A stretch of 64,000 nt of DNA from Candidatus Babeliales bacterium (GCA_963722255.1 CAVRJO010000002.1:480001-544000); one strand, 5' to 3'; shown: positions 20,502 through 30,543, counted from the stretch's first letter. Numbers and translations are program-made. The notes: generated by a model not told the origin, from the sequence alone.

Positions 20502-20603
20502 TGTCATCACGAGGAACGAAACAAAGTGTAGTGACGTGGTGACCCAGTAATAAAATGAAAAAGTCTTTATAACTGGGTTGCTTCGCATTCACTCGCAATG
20601 ACA
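20502..20603. repeat. REP/RPE-like palindromic element
   Basis: tgtcatcacgag...ctcgcaatgaca; inverted relative of 18194..18375 without the inner insertions. Confidence 0.75.
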
Positions 20604-20679
20604 ATCGTAAAATTATTCTCTAAAGCAAAGTATTGATTTTATGCTGATTTTTTCATTTTTTGTTACTATCGAATTCGAA

Positions 20680-23382
20680 TTATATAAGCTTGTATTGCTT
20701 CAAGCGACGATTAATAGATGATCTATTAACCCCTAAGAAATCAGCAACCCTGCTTTGCGTTTTGAGCTTACGCAAAAGCATAGCTAGTACTTTCGGATCT
20801 TTGAGTGCTTTTTTCCCTAATTTAGCAGCTTGGGCTAATTCAGGATCAGAAATTGAATACGCTGCTTCAAACTTAATTTCATGAAAAATATCTTGTTTTT
20901 GCGATTTTTTCACTAATGCATTTTTCACTTTGGTTTTAAATTCATGCAAACTTATTGCACGCTCTTGCATCATTCTATACTTTTCATGCGCTGACAACTC
21001 AAGAAGATTCTTTAAAGGAGAGGCTGCAACTGCTTGTTCAGTAAATCCACTTATAAGTTCATCAAGTTCTTGTTCAGGCAACGTTAAAAATGATGGTAAA
21101 GTTAAGGTAGTTTCCTTAAGTTCATCAAAAAGAACCTTAGAAAATTTACCCTCCTGCACAAGATTTTGTAAGTCTTGATTTGTTGAACATAAGATACGCA
21201 CTGAGCTGAAAAGTTTATACGTACTTTTATACATGCAGTAGTGGCCATACTTAATATAATTTGCCAACATAGCCTGAATGTCTAAATCTAACAGATGAAT
21301 ATTTTCAATAAAAAGTGTTCCGGATTCTTGCAATTGCTCAAACAGAGGTTTCTCTCCATCATTTTGCTGAGCCTTGCTATATAAAGGGTTAATACCAAAA
21401 AGCCTGATGGCAACGTCAGCCATGGATGCTTCTTGATCGATCACAAAATGGTAGAGCGCTTTACGCAATGAAATATAGTGAATTATTTCAGCTGTTGGCA
21501 AAAGGTCATCCTGTGGCATATCTAGCAACAAAGCCTTTTTACTAATCGACATACTCAAAAGATCAATTTTAAAACGCATTAATTGCGCACCGGAACCCGG
21601 AATCATTTGATTAATCAACTGCCCTGATTTTGTTGTTTCAAGGCAAAGCACATAATGCCAATCGGTTGGATTACCAATTTTATCCATTTGATATTTAAGA
21701 ACATCAGAGATCTCGGGATAATAGGCAATAATAATTACATTATTACGTTCCAAATTCGGAATGCCTAATAAAACGAGCTTATTTCCCTGAGCATCATAGG
21801 TAAAAATCGTTTGCGTTGATTTATAATTTTCAACCTCCTGTGCGACACGTTTTAATGCCTGGGCAAGAGGATGTCCTTCTTGCATATTAACATTAATGGT
21901 AATGATCTCTTTTGCAGCCTGATTTGCAAAAACGAATTTACGATATTTATAGAAAAGCAGCCCTATCTTACGTTGTTTATCATTGCGCATAAATGCACTA
22001 ATCGATTCTTGATAATGAGTAATCTCTCGATGCTGATGATAAACCTCTTCGCTTAATGCTTTTTCGCGCTCTAAAACACTGTTTAAGGTGCTATAATGGA
22101 GAAGATTGATGACTTTGCCTAAATATCCGGCAACTACAACAAGTTCATCATGCTCTACATCGCTGAAAAATTTATTATGACGAGCATCGCATTCTATGAT
22201 AACATACCCAACGAGAATATTTTTTTCAAAAATTGGCAAAAAGACATCTGCTCGTAATTGATCAAGAAACTCTATGATTGTTGTTAATGATTCTTGTTCT
22301 TGATAAAAATTACTAAAAACCAGTTCATCTTTAATAAAAATTTTCGCTTTTTTCATGAGACCAATAATCGAATCATTATTGGCCAATATATTTTCTACTA
22401 TCGTTTCTTGAGCAGATAATTTTCGTACATCATCTTGAGCTGAGTAGATCAATTCGTTTTTACGTAAATAAATGTTAACTTTACTTGGGCTCACATCAAA
22501 TGCTTCTTTGAAAAATCCTTGAACTATATGGCCCATTTCGCCTAACGTAGTGCTATGACTTAGATCTTCTAAGACCCTTTTAAATTCTGTTATGAAATCG
22601 AATTTCTCCGGAGATTGCACATGTTCTTGGAAATTGAGGAATCGCAGACCCATTATTTTATGAATACAGAAACAAATTGCTATGGTAAGGAGCAACGTAG
22701 AAATACTACTTGTTAAATAGCTATTTTTAAAAAAAGAAACCAGAAAAAAACTCTGCGCACATTCTGCAAAAATATAGGGAAAAATAAGATAGGTAAGCAG
22801 TATCGTACATTGCCTTTTCAATATTTTGGGGAATGAAGCTTTTTTTAATCTTCTTAAAGACAGCAAACTTGGCAATACAAGCATTAAAAACATATATACT
22901 GAACTAAAACCAATAACCTTTTTCTCAAGCCACGAACGCTCATAAAGATTTATATCGAATTGGAAAAATGCAAGATACATAAAATATAGTATAATACAAC
23001 CATTAAAAATCAGCAGTATAGATTGATATAAGTGTATTTTATACTTCTTTTCACAAATACTTTCAAGAAGAGCACTTAATGATTGAAATTGAATTAAACT
23101 AAACGCCCAAGACAGACGAACAAAAAAAATTATAATTCGATAATCCAACGTAATAAAAAAATTCTCTCTTAACAGCTTAATAATCCAAGTAAAATCAGCA
23201 AACATTCCACCTATCAATACTCCAAACAAAAGCAATAAAGGTTTGGTAATATTACTTTTTTTTAGCGCTTGCATACCCAAAAAAAACACAATATACAATT
23301 TGACAATAAATGCTAATATTTCAACACTCAAAAGCAAAAGTGAACTTTGAAAAATTGTACTTATACTAAATAAATTTGTCAT
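20680..23382 (-). CDS. membrane-bound degenerate sigma54-activator-like regulator (multi-TM, GAF-like, AAA-like, Fis-type HTH)
   Basis: About 7 TM helices; SGTLFIENI and VRILCSTNQDL...EGKF bEBP-like motifs; QSRVADFLGVNRSSINRRLK HTH. Confidence 0.75.
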   Translation of the reverse strand: MTNLFSISTIFQSSLLLLSVEILAFIVKLYIVFFLGMQALKKSNITKPLLLLFGVLIGGMFADFTWIIKLLRENFFITLDYRIIIFFVRLSWAFSLIQFQSLSALLESICEKKYKIHLYQSILLIFNGCIILYFMYLAFFQFDINLYERSWLEKKVIGFSSVYMFLMLVLPSLLSLRRLKKASFPKILKRQCTILLTYLIFPYIFAECAQSFFLVSFFKNSYLTSSISTLLLTIAICFCIHKIMGLRFLNFQEHVQSPEKFDFITEFKRVLEDLSHSTTLGEMGHIVQGFFKEAFDVSPSKVNIYLRKNELIYSAQDDVRKLSAQETIVENILANNDSIIGLMKKAKIFIKDELVFSNFYQEQESLTTIIEFLDQLRADVFLPIFEKNILVGYVIIECDARHNKFFSDVEHDELVVVAGYLGKVINLLHYSTLNSVLEREKALSEEVYHQHREITHYQESISAFMRNDKQRKIGLLFYKYRKFVFANQAAKEIITINVNMQEGHPLAQALKRVAQEVENYKSTQTIFTYDAQGNKLVLLGIPNLERNNVIIIAYYPEISDVLKYQMDKIGNPTDWHYVLCLETTKSGQLINQMIPGSGAQLMRFKIDLLSMSISKKALLLDMPQDDLLPTAEIIHYISLRKALYHFVIDQEASMADVAIRLFGINPLYSKAQQNDGEKPLFEQLQESGTLFIENIHLLDLDIQAMLANYIKYGHYCMYKSTYKLFSSVRILCSTNQDLQNLVQEGKFSKVLFDELKETTLTLPSFLTLPEQELDELISGFTEQAVAASPLKNLLELSAHEKYRMMQERAISLHEFKTKVKNALVKKSQKQDIFHEIKFEAAYSISDPELAQAAKLGKKALKDPKVLAMLLRKLKTQSRVADFLGVNRSSINRRLKQYKLI

Positions 23383-23640
23383 ACCAATTGCTCTCTAATT
23401 AATATTCTCGTATACTACTTTTTGTATAATCTTTAATTTATCACTCATTTATAAAGGTGCCCCATGGTAAACAATAATTTAATTGTTTCACTTATTTGTA
23501 ACATTAACAAAATCTTGTTAGTAGCTTTGCTTTTAGTTGATGTGTTTCCTCCATGTGATTAATCCATTGTGATTAATTATAGCATAAAACACTGATTTAT
23601 AAACAAAAGCATAAAAAAAGATTAGAATGAGCATAGTATA

Positions 23641-23676
23641 AAAAGGCTAGAAATTCATAAAGAAATTCTAGCCTTT
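23641..23676. promoter_or_regulatory. intergenic hairpin between divergent genes
   Basis: aaaggctagaa / ttctagccttt inverted repeat. Confidence 0.45.
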
Positions 23677-23815
23677 ATCTCTTTATCGCAATTTAATTCA
23701 ATTATAAAATATCTGCCATAATTTTAACCTCTTTTTACAAACTCTTGTTCTGCACAACAAAAACTCAGTACTTTCAAAAATAATATTTTCATACTCTCAA
23801 ATAAGGAGACTCGCT

Positions 23816-23995
23816 ATGTTTTTAGATTGGTCAATTATCTTCTTTGTTCTTGCTTTAATAGCAGGATTTCTTGGTTTTTCAGGAATTTCAGCTGAAGCCG
23901 CAGGAATTGCAAAAATTTTATTCTTTATTTTTTTAATAGTATTCGTGATCTCATTCTTAATGCGCATGATGGGCAAAAAACCTCCTGTTGAATAA
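23816..23995 (+). CDS. DUF1328 (UPF0391/YtjA-like) small membrane protein, 59 aa, absent from the ORF track
   Basis: taaggag RBS; MFLDWSIIFFVLALIAGFLGFSGISAEAAGIAKILFFIFLIVFVISFL... fits the family pattern W..IF...ALIA..LGF.GI...AA.IAKILF. Confidence 0.88.
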   Translation: MFLDWSIIFFVLALIAGFLGFSGISAEAAGIAKILFFIFLIVFVISFLMRMMGKKPPVE

Positions 23996-24109
23996 AAAGA
24001 AATATCTCTTATTTTAAACTAAGGAGCCCAATATTTTCTGGGGCCCTTTTAACATACGGTATTTTGAAGAAACAAATTACCCTACTATCTTATTAGAAGC
24101 TGATTATAA

Positions 24110-24659
24110 AAATCCCCATAGATTCGCAAAATATAAAATATTTTGTACTATAAATAGTAATTAACTAAAAGATGTCAATTTTGAGGGGTATTCTATGAAT
24201 ATATATTTATTTCTAATGGCATTATTTATTGCGCCGCAACTAGCATTTTCTAATCATGAGAATAATAATAAAAAATTTTCTCCACCCCAACTACATTCGC
24301 AAAAATTTAATCCTTCATCTTCAGAGTTCATTAATATAGAAAATAAAATTCTTCCTAATAAAGACAAGGATGAATTACAAGCTTTAAAAAATAAATTAAA
24401 TACTAAATTGCTCAAAAATGAGCAATTGCAAAATAACCATGAAGGGCGGTTTAAAAAATTATTTGCTTTGTCACTGGCTAGCGCTGTAGTTAGAAGTTTA
24501 ATCCCCTTCTTTGGCGAAGGTCTGATTATGACTCCATTTATCGCTATTGCTGACGGACTTTGTTTTTTTAGTTTTTGTGAAGGATGGGCATCTTTATCCA
24601 AAGCAAAGGATTGCGCTAATAATGTTTGCATTACTCAAACGAAGCTTCAATCAGTTGAT
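24110..24659 (+). repeat. about 550-bp direct repeat, copy 2
   Basis: Near-identical to 18486..19036. Confidence 0.95.
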
Positions 24660-24680
24660 GTGGCTCTTTTTTCATCATGA
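24195..24680 (+). CDS. duplicate of 18572..19102 with a shortened C-terminus
   Basis: Almost identical protein up to KLQSVD, then VALFSS and stop. Confidence 0.7.
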   Translation: MNIYLFLMALFIAPQLAFSNHENNNKKFSPPQLHSQKFNPSSSEFINIENKILPNKDKDELQALKNKLNTKLLKNEQLQNNHEGRFKKLFALSLASAVVRSLIPFFGEGLIMTPFIAIADGLCFFSFCEGWASLSKAKDCANNVCITQTKLQSVDVALFSS

Positions 24681-24729
24681 AATATTATTAATAAGGTATT
24701 TTTATTGCCAAAAATACTGTAAAAATACC

Positions 24730-25368
24730 TTAACTAGCCACTTTATTCTTGCGATTTTGTTTATCAAAATCACGTTGTTCGTGCACAAATCTATAATCAG
24801 TAACCACTAGACGGCGAATACGTTCAAGCTTATTAACCAGAATATCTATCTGATTTCTTGTAGCCGCATCCGTATATAAAAATTCAGAAAGCCATAAACG
24901 ACGAATATACCAATCTAGATTGTTTTTATAATATAACAATGGATAATTTTTATATTTACTCTGTATAAAGAAATAGAGGCTATTATTGCGATCATGCTGC
25001 TCAAGAATAAATGGTATCAGCTCCTCTTGCAATACTTGCTCATTAAACGTTGCACGCAATAAAAGATCAAGCTCTGCTTCATAACGATAGAGAGCTACTG
25101 AATAGATACCGGCACTACAAAGACGCGCAATAAGATAACAACCTGCTGCACTAACAACTACCCCGGTAGTAGCAAGCGCAATATCTTTGATCGACATTCC
25201 TTGTTCATGAGTACCATGGGTAGAATAGGGATCATTCTGCCGAGTAGCATTAGATGAAGCGGTTATCAGATTTAGTAGTAAGATTACACAAAAAAATCGT
25301 TTACTTTTATGAATAGTGACCATTATTTTTTTCCTTAAAGTACAATTAGAAGTATTTACTCTACTCAA
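24730..25368 (-). CDS. secreted/membrane hypothetical protein
   Basis: Signal peptide plus one TM helix; no family recognised. Confidence 0.65.
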   Translation of the reverse strand: MSRVNTSNCTLRKKIMVTIHKSKRFFCVILLLNLITASSNATRQNDPYSTHGTHEQGMSIKDIALATTGVVVSAAGCYLIARLCSAGIYSVALYRYEAELDLLLRATFNEQVLQEELIPFILEQHDRNNSLYFFIQSKYKNYPLLYYKNNLDWYIRRLWLSEFLYTDAATRNQIDILVNKLERIRRLVVTDYRFVHEQRDFDKQNRKNKVAS

Positions 25369-25425
25369 CCATTATCTTACCTATTTCTAATTAAAAAGTC
25401 ATGAAACATTATTTACAGACTTTGT

Positions 25426-26481
25426 TTACACAATATTTTCTTTTTCTTGAACTGAAAAATCAATAAGATCTTGTGGTCCAACATCCAATGCAGTTCGTGT
25501 TTTGACAATAGATTCTTGTATTTTTTTATATATATTTTTTTTGTGCCTATAGCCCGGAATGGCCGATTTTTTACACATACGCAATGACCATAACATCCAG
25601 GCTGAACCTACCAAAGCATTAAGAGATCCTAGTGCAATACATGAATTTTTATACTCAAAATCTGCACTCGTTGAAAAAAATAGTAAAAAAATATTAAGGC
25701 TAAAAAAACTAATCGACGCCGTATTCATCGATGTTAAACAAAAATTCCAACCCAAAGGCTTCTTAGGATTTCTATCGTGCGCTTTTTTTAGTAAAAAATC
25801 GAGATGTGCCAGATATACATGATGAATCTCTAAATATTCATCAGCTTCAGGAACTAAAAATAGTTCACATTTCAAATCCTCAAGACTATTCAACTGATCA
25901 CCCCATTGCAAGCGCGCTGTTTCCCGTTTTACCGATTGTGTAAAATCTTTCAGTTCATTTTCAAAATCACGAAGATCTGAAAGCTCCTGTGTGCAATAAT
26001 TCTCCAATGAAAATAAGGTATGTAAATAATTCCTACATTGTTTATGAATTGAATTATTGTGTAAGGGTGGTACATAATGCTGAAATTTAAGCAATTCATC
26101 GAGTATCCTTGCACGTTCAAGAGAAATATCTTTTGTTGGATCACTCTTATGAAACTGTCCAATTAATGAACCTATTTTAGCCCTCACAATTGCATTAACA
26201 ACATCTTGATTTGGTTCATAATGATGAATCAAATAGTTCAATCCAATGCCATGCGGATCACAATAACGGAAAATTATATCTATTAATTCGATAGGCAACC
26301 TGTCAAATAATGATTGTTCTTTGAATGAATCATAGCTTTGTATAGCCTGATCTGTAAGCAAGGGTGTTTTTGATAAATTCTTGCAATCACCTTCCATACT
26401 GTTGAGCGCTAGAATACTCATAACGCAAAGATCTAATAAGAGCACTATAAATAAAACTATTCTTTTTTTGACAAAGAGCAT
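25426..26481 (-). CDS. secreted protein with F-box-like motif and two C-terminal TM helices
   Basis: SLFDRLPIELIDIIFRYC; signal peptide ending LNS-ME; ATG 26481 preferred. Confidence 0.65.
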   Translation of the reverse strand: MLFVKKRIVLFIVLLLDLCVMSILALNSMEGDCKNLSKTPLLTDQAIQSYDSFKEQSLFDRLPIELIDIIFRYCDPHGIGLNYLIHHYEPNQDVVNAIVRAKIGSLIGQFHKSDPTKDISLERARILDELLKFQHYVPPLHNNSIHKQCRNYLHTLFSLENYCTQELSDLRDFENELKDFTQSVKRETARLQWGDQLNSLEDLKCELFLVPEADEYLEIHHVYLAHLDFLLKKAHDRNPKKPLGWNFCLTSMNTASISFFSLNIFLLFFSTSADFEYKNSCIALGSLNALVGSAWMLWSLRMCKKSAIPGYRHKKNIYKKIQESIVKTRTALDVGPQDLIDFSVQEKENIV

Positions 26482-26616
26482 ATGCACCCCCCTTATACAA
26501 AGCTTGAATATGCAAAATGTCCCTTGCATTCACTGCATTTATTTATTATTCTCACCTATATAAAGTTCCATAAAACAAATCTATCATCTTATTGCTCAAT
26601 AAGGGAACAGTTCGCC

Positions 26617-27537
26617 ATGAAAACAAAAACAGTTTTAGAAGCCATCGGCAATACACCGATTGTAGAAGTTAATTTTGATACTCCGCCTACCATTTTAGCA
26701 AAACTTGAATATCTTAATCCCGGCGGTAGCATAAAAGACCGTTCAGCTCTTTTCATGATTGAAGAAGCAGAAAAAAAAGGTATTTTAAAACCGGGTGGAA
26801 CTCTACTTGAGGCATCATCAGGAAACCAAGGAATAGCAACAGCTCTGATTGGTGCTGCAAAAGGGTATAGGGTTATTATCACAACAAATAATAAATTCAG
26901 TTCAGAAAAAATTAATACCATACGCGCTTATGGTGCTGAAATTGTTATGTGTCCTGCAACAAAATTTGTAGATGATCCAGAAAGTTACCACAGTACTGCG
27001 GTAGCATTACAAAAAAAAATTCCCAACTCATTTCTTTTAAATCAATATTATAATATGTCCAACGCAAAAGCTCATTATAGTTCTCTCGGACCTGAAATTT
27101 GGCAGCAAACAGATGGGAAGATTACACACTTTTTTGCTGCTGCAGGAACATGCGGAACCATTACGGGTGTAGCGCGCTCTTTAAAAGAAAAAAATTCATT
27201 AATCAAAACAATAGCCTGCGATGCGGCAACGTCATTTCATGCAACAAAAGGCAATCCAATCAGCTACAAGCTTGAAGGTATTGGCGTAGATTTTGAAACA
27301 CCAATTCTTAACGCTTATCAAAATCATATTGACGAATTTATAGGCGTTACCGATAATGATGGACTTGCAATGCTCAAAACTATGGCACGTAATCATGGTA
27401 TATTGTGCGGTCCTAGCAGCGGTGCGGTTGCGCATGCAGTCTATGAATATTCAAAAAAACTGTCGCCAAATGATATTGTCGTGATGATTATGGGCGATTC
27501 TGGAAGAGCGTATTTAAGCAAAGAATATTATTATTAA
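26617..27537 (+). CDS. PLP-dependent cysteine synthase / cystathionine beta-synthase family protein
   Basis: IGNTP, KLEYLNPGGSIKDR, SSGNQG, GTCGT, EGIG, GPSSG; ATG 26617 follows an aaggga RBS. Confidence 0.92.
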   Translation: MKTKTVLEAIGNTPIVEVNFDTPPTILAKLEYLNPGGSIKDRSALFMIEEAEKKGILKPGGTLLEASSGNQGIATALIGAAKGYRVIITTNNKFSSEKINTIRAYGAEIVMCPATKFVDDPESYHSTAVALQKKIPNSFLLNQYYNMSNAKAHYSSLGPEIWQQTDGKITHFFAAAGTCGTITGVARSLKEKNSLIKTIACDAATSFHATKGNPISYKLEGIGVDFETPILNAYQNHIDEFIGVTDNDGLAMLKTMARNHGILCGPSSGAVAHAVYEYSKKLSPNDIVVMIMGDSGRAYLSKEYYY

Positions 27538-27610
27538 AGCTATTTTTGTTCAGCAAAATAGCTTTAATACAAAAACAATTTAACATAAAAATAATTTTAT
27601 TTAATAAAAA

Positions 27611-27672
27611 TCCCCGCAGCAAGCTGCTGAGTATTTTTCTATGAAACGAAGCAAGCTTCGGGGAATTAAACC
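27611..27672. repeat. paired short palindromes resembling IS200/IS605-type end hairpins
   Basis: ccccgcagcaagctgctgag and cgaagcaagcttcgggg, both with a GCAA/CAA loop; no transposase nearby. Confidence 0.4.
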
Positions 27673-27677
27673 GCAAG

Positions 27678-27825
27678 GTATTAAAGGTATTGCATGCCCA
27701 ATACCTTTAATACAAGGGCACCAACAGTTCCTTTGGATCCCTTCTCCCGCACAAATGATGAACCACTCCATCATTGATGCTTGTAGCATCAAGATTCCGG
27801 ATTCACAATGCGCTACCGGAAACAT
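27678..27825. ncRNA. candidate structured non-coding RNA of unknown class
   Basis: Four closely spaced hairpins, including a perfect 15-bp stem gtattaaaggtattg/caatacctttaatac, in a locally GC-richer intergenic tract. Confidence 0.3.
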
Positions 27826-27888
27826 TTTTTAAGTTTTTAATAAGTACAACAAAACTTATATATCAATGCTGAAAACAAGTACACAACC

Positions 27889-28105
27889 GTCATCCCGAGC
27901 GAATGCGTGGGGACCCAGTTATACAATTAAGTCCTATTGTCATCCAGAGAATTTTCACGTAGTGAAATTCGTGCGTGGCGTGCCAGCCAAAGCTTGCCAA
28001 GCAGGAAGGCCTGGATAAGCGGCGGCTGGGGGACCCAGTAATAAATCAACTTCCTATGTCATCCAGAAGATTTTACTTCATAAAATCTGTGGGATCCAGT
28101 TATAA
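27889..28105. repeat. three tandem left halves of the GTCATCC palindromic element
   Basis: Three gtcatcc...ggga(c/t)ccagt(t/a)ata units; the middle one carries the agcttgccaagc.ggaaggcctggataagcg insert also seen near 18318. Confidence 0.7.
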
Positions 28106-28160
28106 AATCAAATTCCAATAAACTTACGTTTATTGGAAAAATCTCTAGCATCAATATTAC

Positions 28161-29234
28161 TTATTTAAGCTCAGCTTCTTCTTTTTGAGGTGTTCCAAAT
28201 TTGACTTTGTAAAGGCTTTCTTTGGCAATAGTTTTCAACTCACTAAACAATTTTGTTTCGGCTCTAAACTTCTCTTGTCGATCTTTCATAATATCTATTG
28301 ATTCTCGAATTGATACAATTTTTCTACCAATATCAGATATTTCTTCAGATTTTTGCTCTTCGGGTTGTTTTGACAACTTTTCTCGACTCTCAAGTAAATA
28401 TTCTAATTGCTTTTCATAATCATGTTCTTTTGAAAGCGTTTCTTCTAAATGATTATTAATTTTAATAATTTTGCTTTCGGCTAAATCAACAAGATTCGAT
28501 AGTGTTTTCTGATCATAATAAGGTAAAATAACTTTCAAAACTTCGTTCTTCGGCTTAACATCAGCCCATGCTAACAAAAGTTGCGATGATTCTGACGGCA
28601 TAGCAGCAACACTTGTTAAACCAAACGCGTTTTTAAGTTCATTTTCTTGTGGTTTAGCTCCATGCTCAATAAGCAACTTAAGAATAGCCGCTTTTTCACT
28701 ATCATTAATACCCAATCTAATAACCAAGATCATAGGCGTATTTTTATATTCATCTTTCTCATTAATTTCACCTTTTTTCTCTAATTTTTCAATAAAAGCT
28801 ATAATGCGTTCTTTTTCAGAAGATCGCAAAACATTTCGGAATTCATTTAAATCTGATTGAATCTGTTTTTGTTTTTCCTCATCTGACAATGTTGTAGCTC
28901 CAACAACCCCAGCGACACCCAATGTTGCACCCCATCTATTCCCATACCGGCGCTCTGAAAACTTACCAGCATTAATGTCTAATTTACCTGCTCCACGACC
29001 CACTGATGATTTAGAAAATGATTTTGTAAAAATTGATTGTGAGGCACCTTTTTGTGGACACGTAACTTGTGTTCCAGTTTTGGGAGTTACTAATCCTTTC
29101 CCTAATTGACCGACAGAACTTCTGGTGACTATTTCACGACCGGCTAAAGAACTTTTCCTACGCCAAGCTGCTTCTAATATAAATGACTGACTCAACACCA
29201 TAATCATAACGGCTATTAATTTTAAATTTTTCAT
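28161..29234 (-). CDS. secreted ankyrin-like and coiled-coil protein
   Basis: Signal peptide from ATG 29234; INEKDEYKNTPMILVI...ILKLLIEHGA ankyrin-like unit; C-terminal coiled coil. Confidence 0.7.
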   Translation of the reverse strand: MKNLKLIAVMIMVLSQSFILEAAWRRKSSLAGREIVTRSSVGQLGKGLVTPKTGTQVTCPQKGASQSIFTKSFSKSSVGRGAGKLDINAGKFSERRYGNRWGATLGVAGVVGATTLSDEEKQKQIQSDLNEFRNVLRSSEKERIIAFIEKLEKKGEINEKDEYKNTPMILVIRLGINDSEKAAILKLLIEHGAKPQENELKNAFGLTSVAAMPSESSQLLLAWADVKPKNEVLKVILPYYDQKTLSNLVDLAESKIIKINNHLEETLSKEHDYEKQLEYLLESREKLSKQPEEQKSEEISDIGRKIVSIRESIDIMKDRQEKFRAETKLFSELKTIAKESLYKVKFGTPQKEEAELK

Positions 29235-29549
29235 AAGATCTCGCTTTATAATAAAAGAGTTCATTAAATACCATAGTTTTTTCGCAAAGGCTTTTGCGCT
29301 CATGCTCCATTTTCTTAATGATACAGTAATTTACTTCAGCTTGTAAATATATTAAAAACAAACTATTACTATTTTTACAACTTCCTAAAAAATTAAAAAT
29401 GATTTTGTTCCATTTTCTTCATAAATACAAAGTTCAATAGCGTCAGCACATGAAGCACTCATGATATTTAATGAAACACTATTATGGGTGCCATCATGAG
29501 AAAGAAAACGGGTGTAAATGGTTGCACATAGATTGGTTGTATGCGTTGA

Positions 29550-30008
29550 TCAAATGACTCTAAACTCTAAAATATCCCGGAAATCAACATTCCATTCAGA
29601 AATTTTATTTCCACTTTCGGTAATTGTTTCCCTTGGGGTTACATATAAGTAACAGGTATTTGCATCAAAAGGTGGCAAACCTTTTGATCTTTCTTGAAAT
29701 ATTTCATAAAACAAACAATGGTTTTGCACAAATACCGTATTATTTTCTTTATATAAAACCCAAAGGGCAATCCATGGATTTTCTATGGGTCCAGCAAATT
29801 TTACTACAAAACAGGAAAAGCTGTGAGTTTTAATTCTTTCAATGGCTTCTCTCCATTGTTGTTTATATTCATCAACAGTCCACATATCAAGCGCCATATA
29901 AAAAGTTTCTTTTAAATCACCAATCGTAATTTGTCCTCTATACGCTTTAATATTATTAATAGTTTCCGGTTTTTTGCTTATTACTTCGATATTAAAATTT
30001 TTTATCAA
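29550..30008 (-). CDS. CdiI-like immunity protein (Enterobacter cloacae CdiI type), copy 3
   Basis: W...EYK.QW, WVLYKENNTVFVQN and R.T...G.KISEW..D motifs match the CdiI(ECL) family as I recall it. Confidence 0.75.
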   Translation of the reverse strand: MIKNFNIEVISKKPETINNIKAYRGQITIGDLKETFYMALDMWTVDEYKQQWREAIERIKTHSFSCFVVKFAGPIENPWIALWVLYKENNTVFVQNHCLFYEIFQERSKGLPPFDANTCYLYVTPRETITESGNKISEWNVDFRDILEFRVI

Positions 30009-30087
30009 TTTTTATTAACTTTCAATTGAAGTTTTATCTCTTTTACTTATAAAATCTCCGGTTATCCAAGCAGATTTAGGATCAAAT
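29988..30087. repeat. 100-bp direct repeat (3' end of TPR gene plus start of cdiI-like gene); other copies at 30523..30622 and 35772..35871
   Basis: gatattaaaattttttatcaatttttattaactttcaattgaagttttatctcttttac... occurs three times. Confidence 0.95.
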
Positions 30088-30543
30088 AACTCTAAACTCT
30101 AAAATATCCTGTAAATCAACACTCCATTCAGAAATTTTATCGCCATCTTCAGTTGTTGTTTCTCTAGGTAATATAATATATAAATAACACGAATTCGCAT
30201 CAAAAGGTGGCAACCCCTTCGATCGTTCTTGAAATATCTCATAAAATAAGTATTGATTGTGAATATAAATAACACTTTCTTCTTTATATAAAGTCCAAAG
30301 GACAATCCTTGGACTTTTTAATGTACCCTCAAAACACACAACGAGACATGAACTATCATGAGTTTTAATTCTTTCAATGCCTTCTTTCCATTGTTGTTTA
30401 TATTCATCTATCGACCAATTATCATAAGACATAATAAAAGTTTCAGTAAAATCCCCTACTGTAATTCTACCCCTATAATATTTTCTTCTATAAATAGTTT
30501 CTGCCTTTTTACTTATTACCTCGATATTAAAATTTTTTATCAA
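30082..30543 (-). CDS. CdiI-like immunity protein, copy 2
   Basis: Paralog of its neighbours; LWTLYKE...NQYLF, RETTTEDGDKISEWSVD. Confidence 0.75.
   Translation of the reverse strand: MIKNFNIEVISKKAETIYRRKYYRGRITVGDFTETFIMSYDNWSIDEYKQQWKEGIERIKTHDSSCLVVCFEGTLKSPRIVLWTLYKEESVIYIHNQYLFYEIFQERSKGLPPFDANSCYLYIILPRETTTEDGDKISEWSVDLQDILEFRVI

Noticed and set aside
18631..24631. Duplicated 125-aa minus-strand ORFs at 18631 and 24254
   Set aside because: Antisense shadows of the duplicated plus-strand genes, which have an RBS-like element and a signal peptide
27601..27832. Short ORFs on both strands, and glycine, fluoride, lysine or cobalamin riboswitch or SRP RNA assignments
   Set aside because: The ORFs overlap hairpins and lack support; only fragments of each RNA consensus are present
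29385..29549. Open stretch of about 54 codons downstream of the last cdiI-like gene as an orphan toxin tip
   Set aside because: No start codon context or recognisable motif; it may be a gene remnant but cannot be supported
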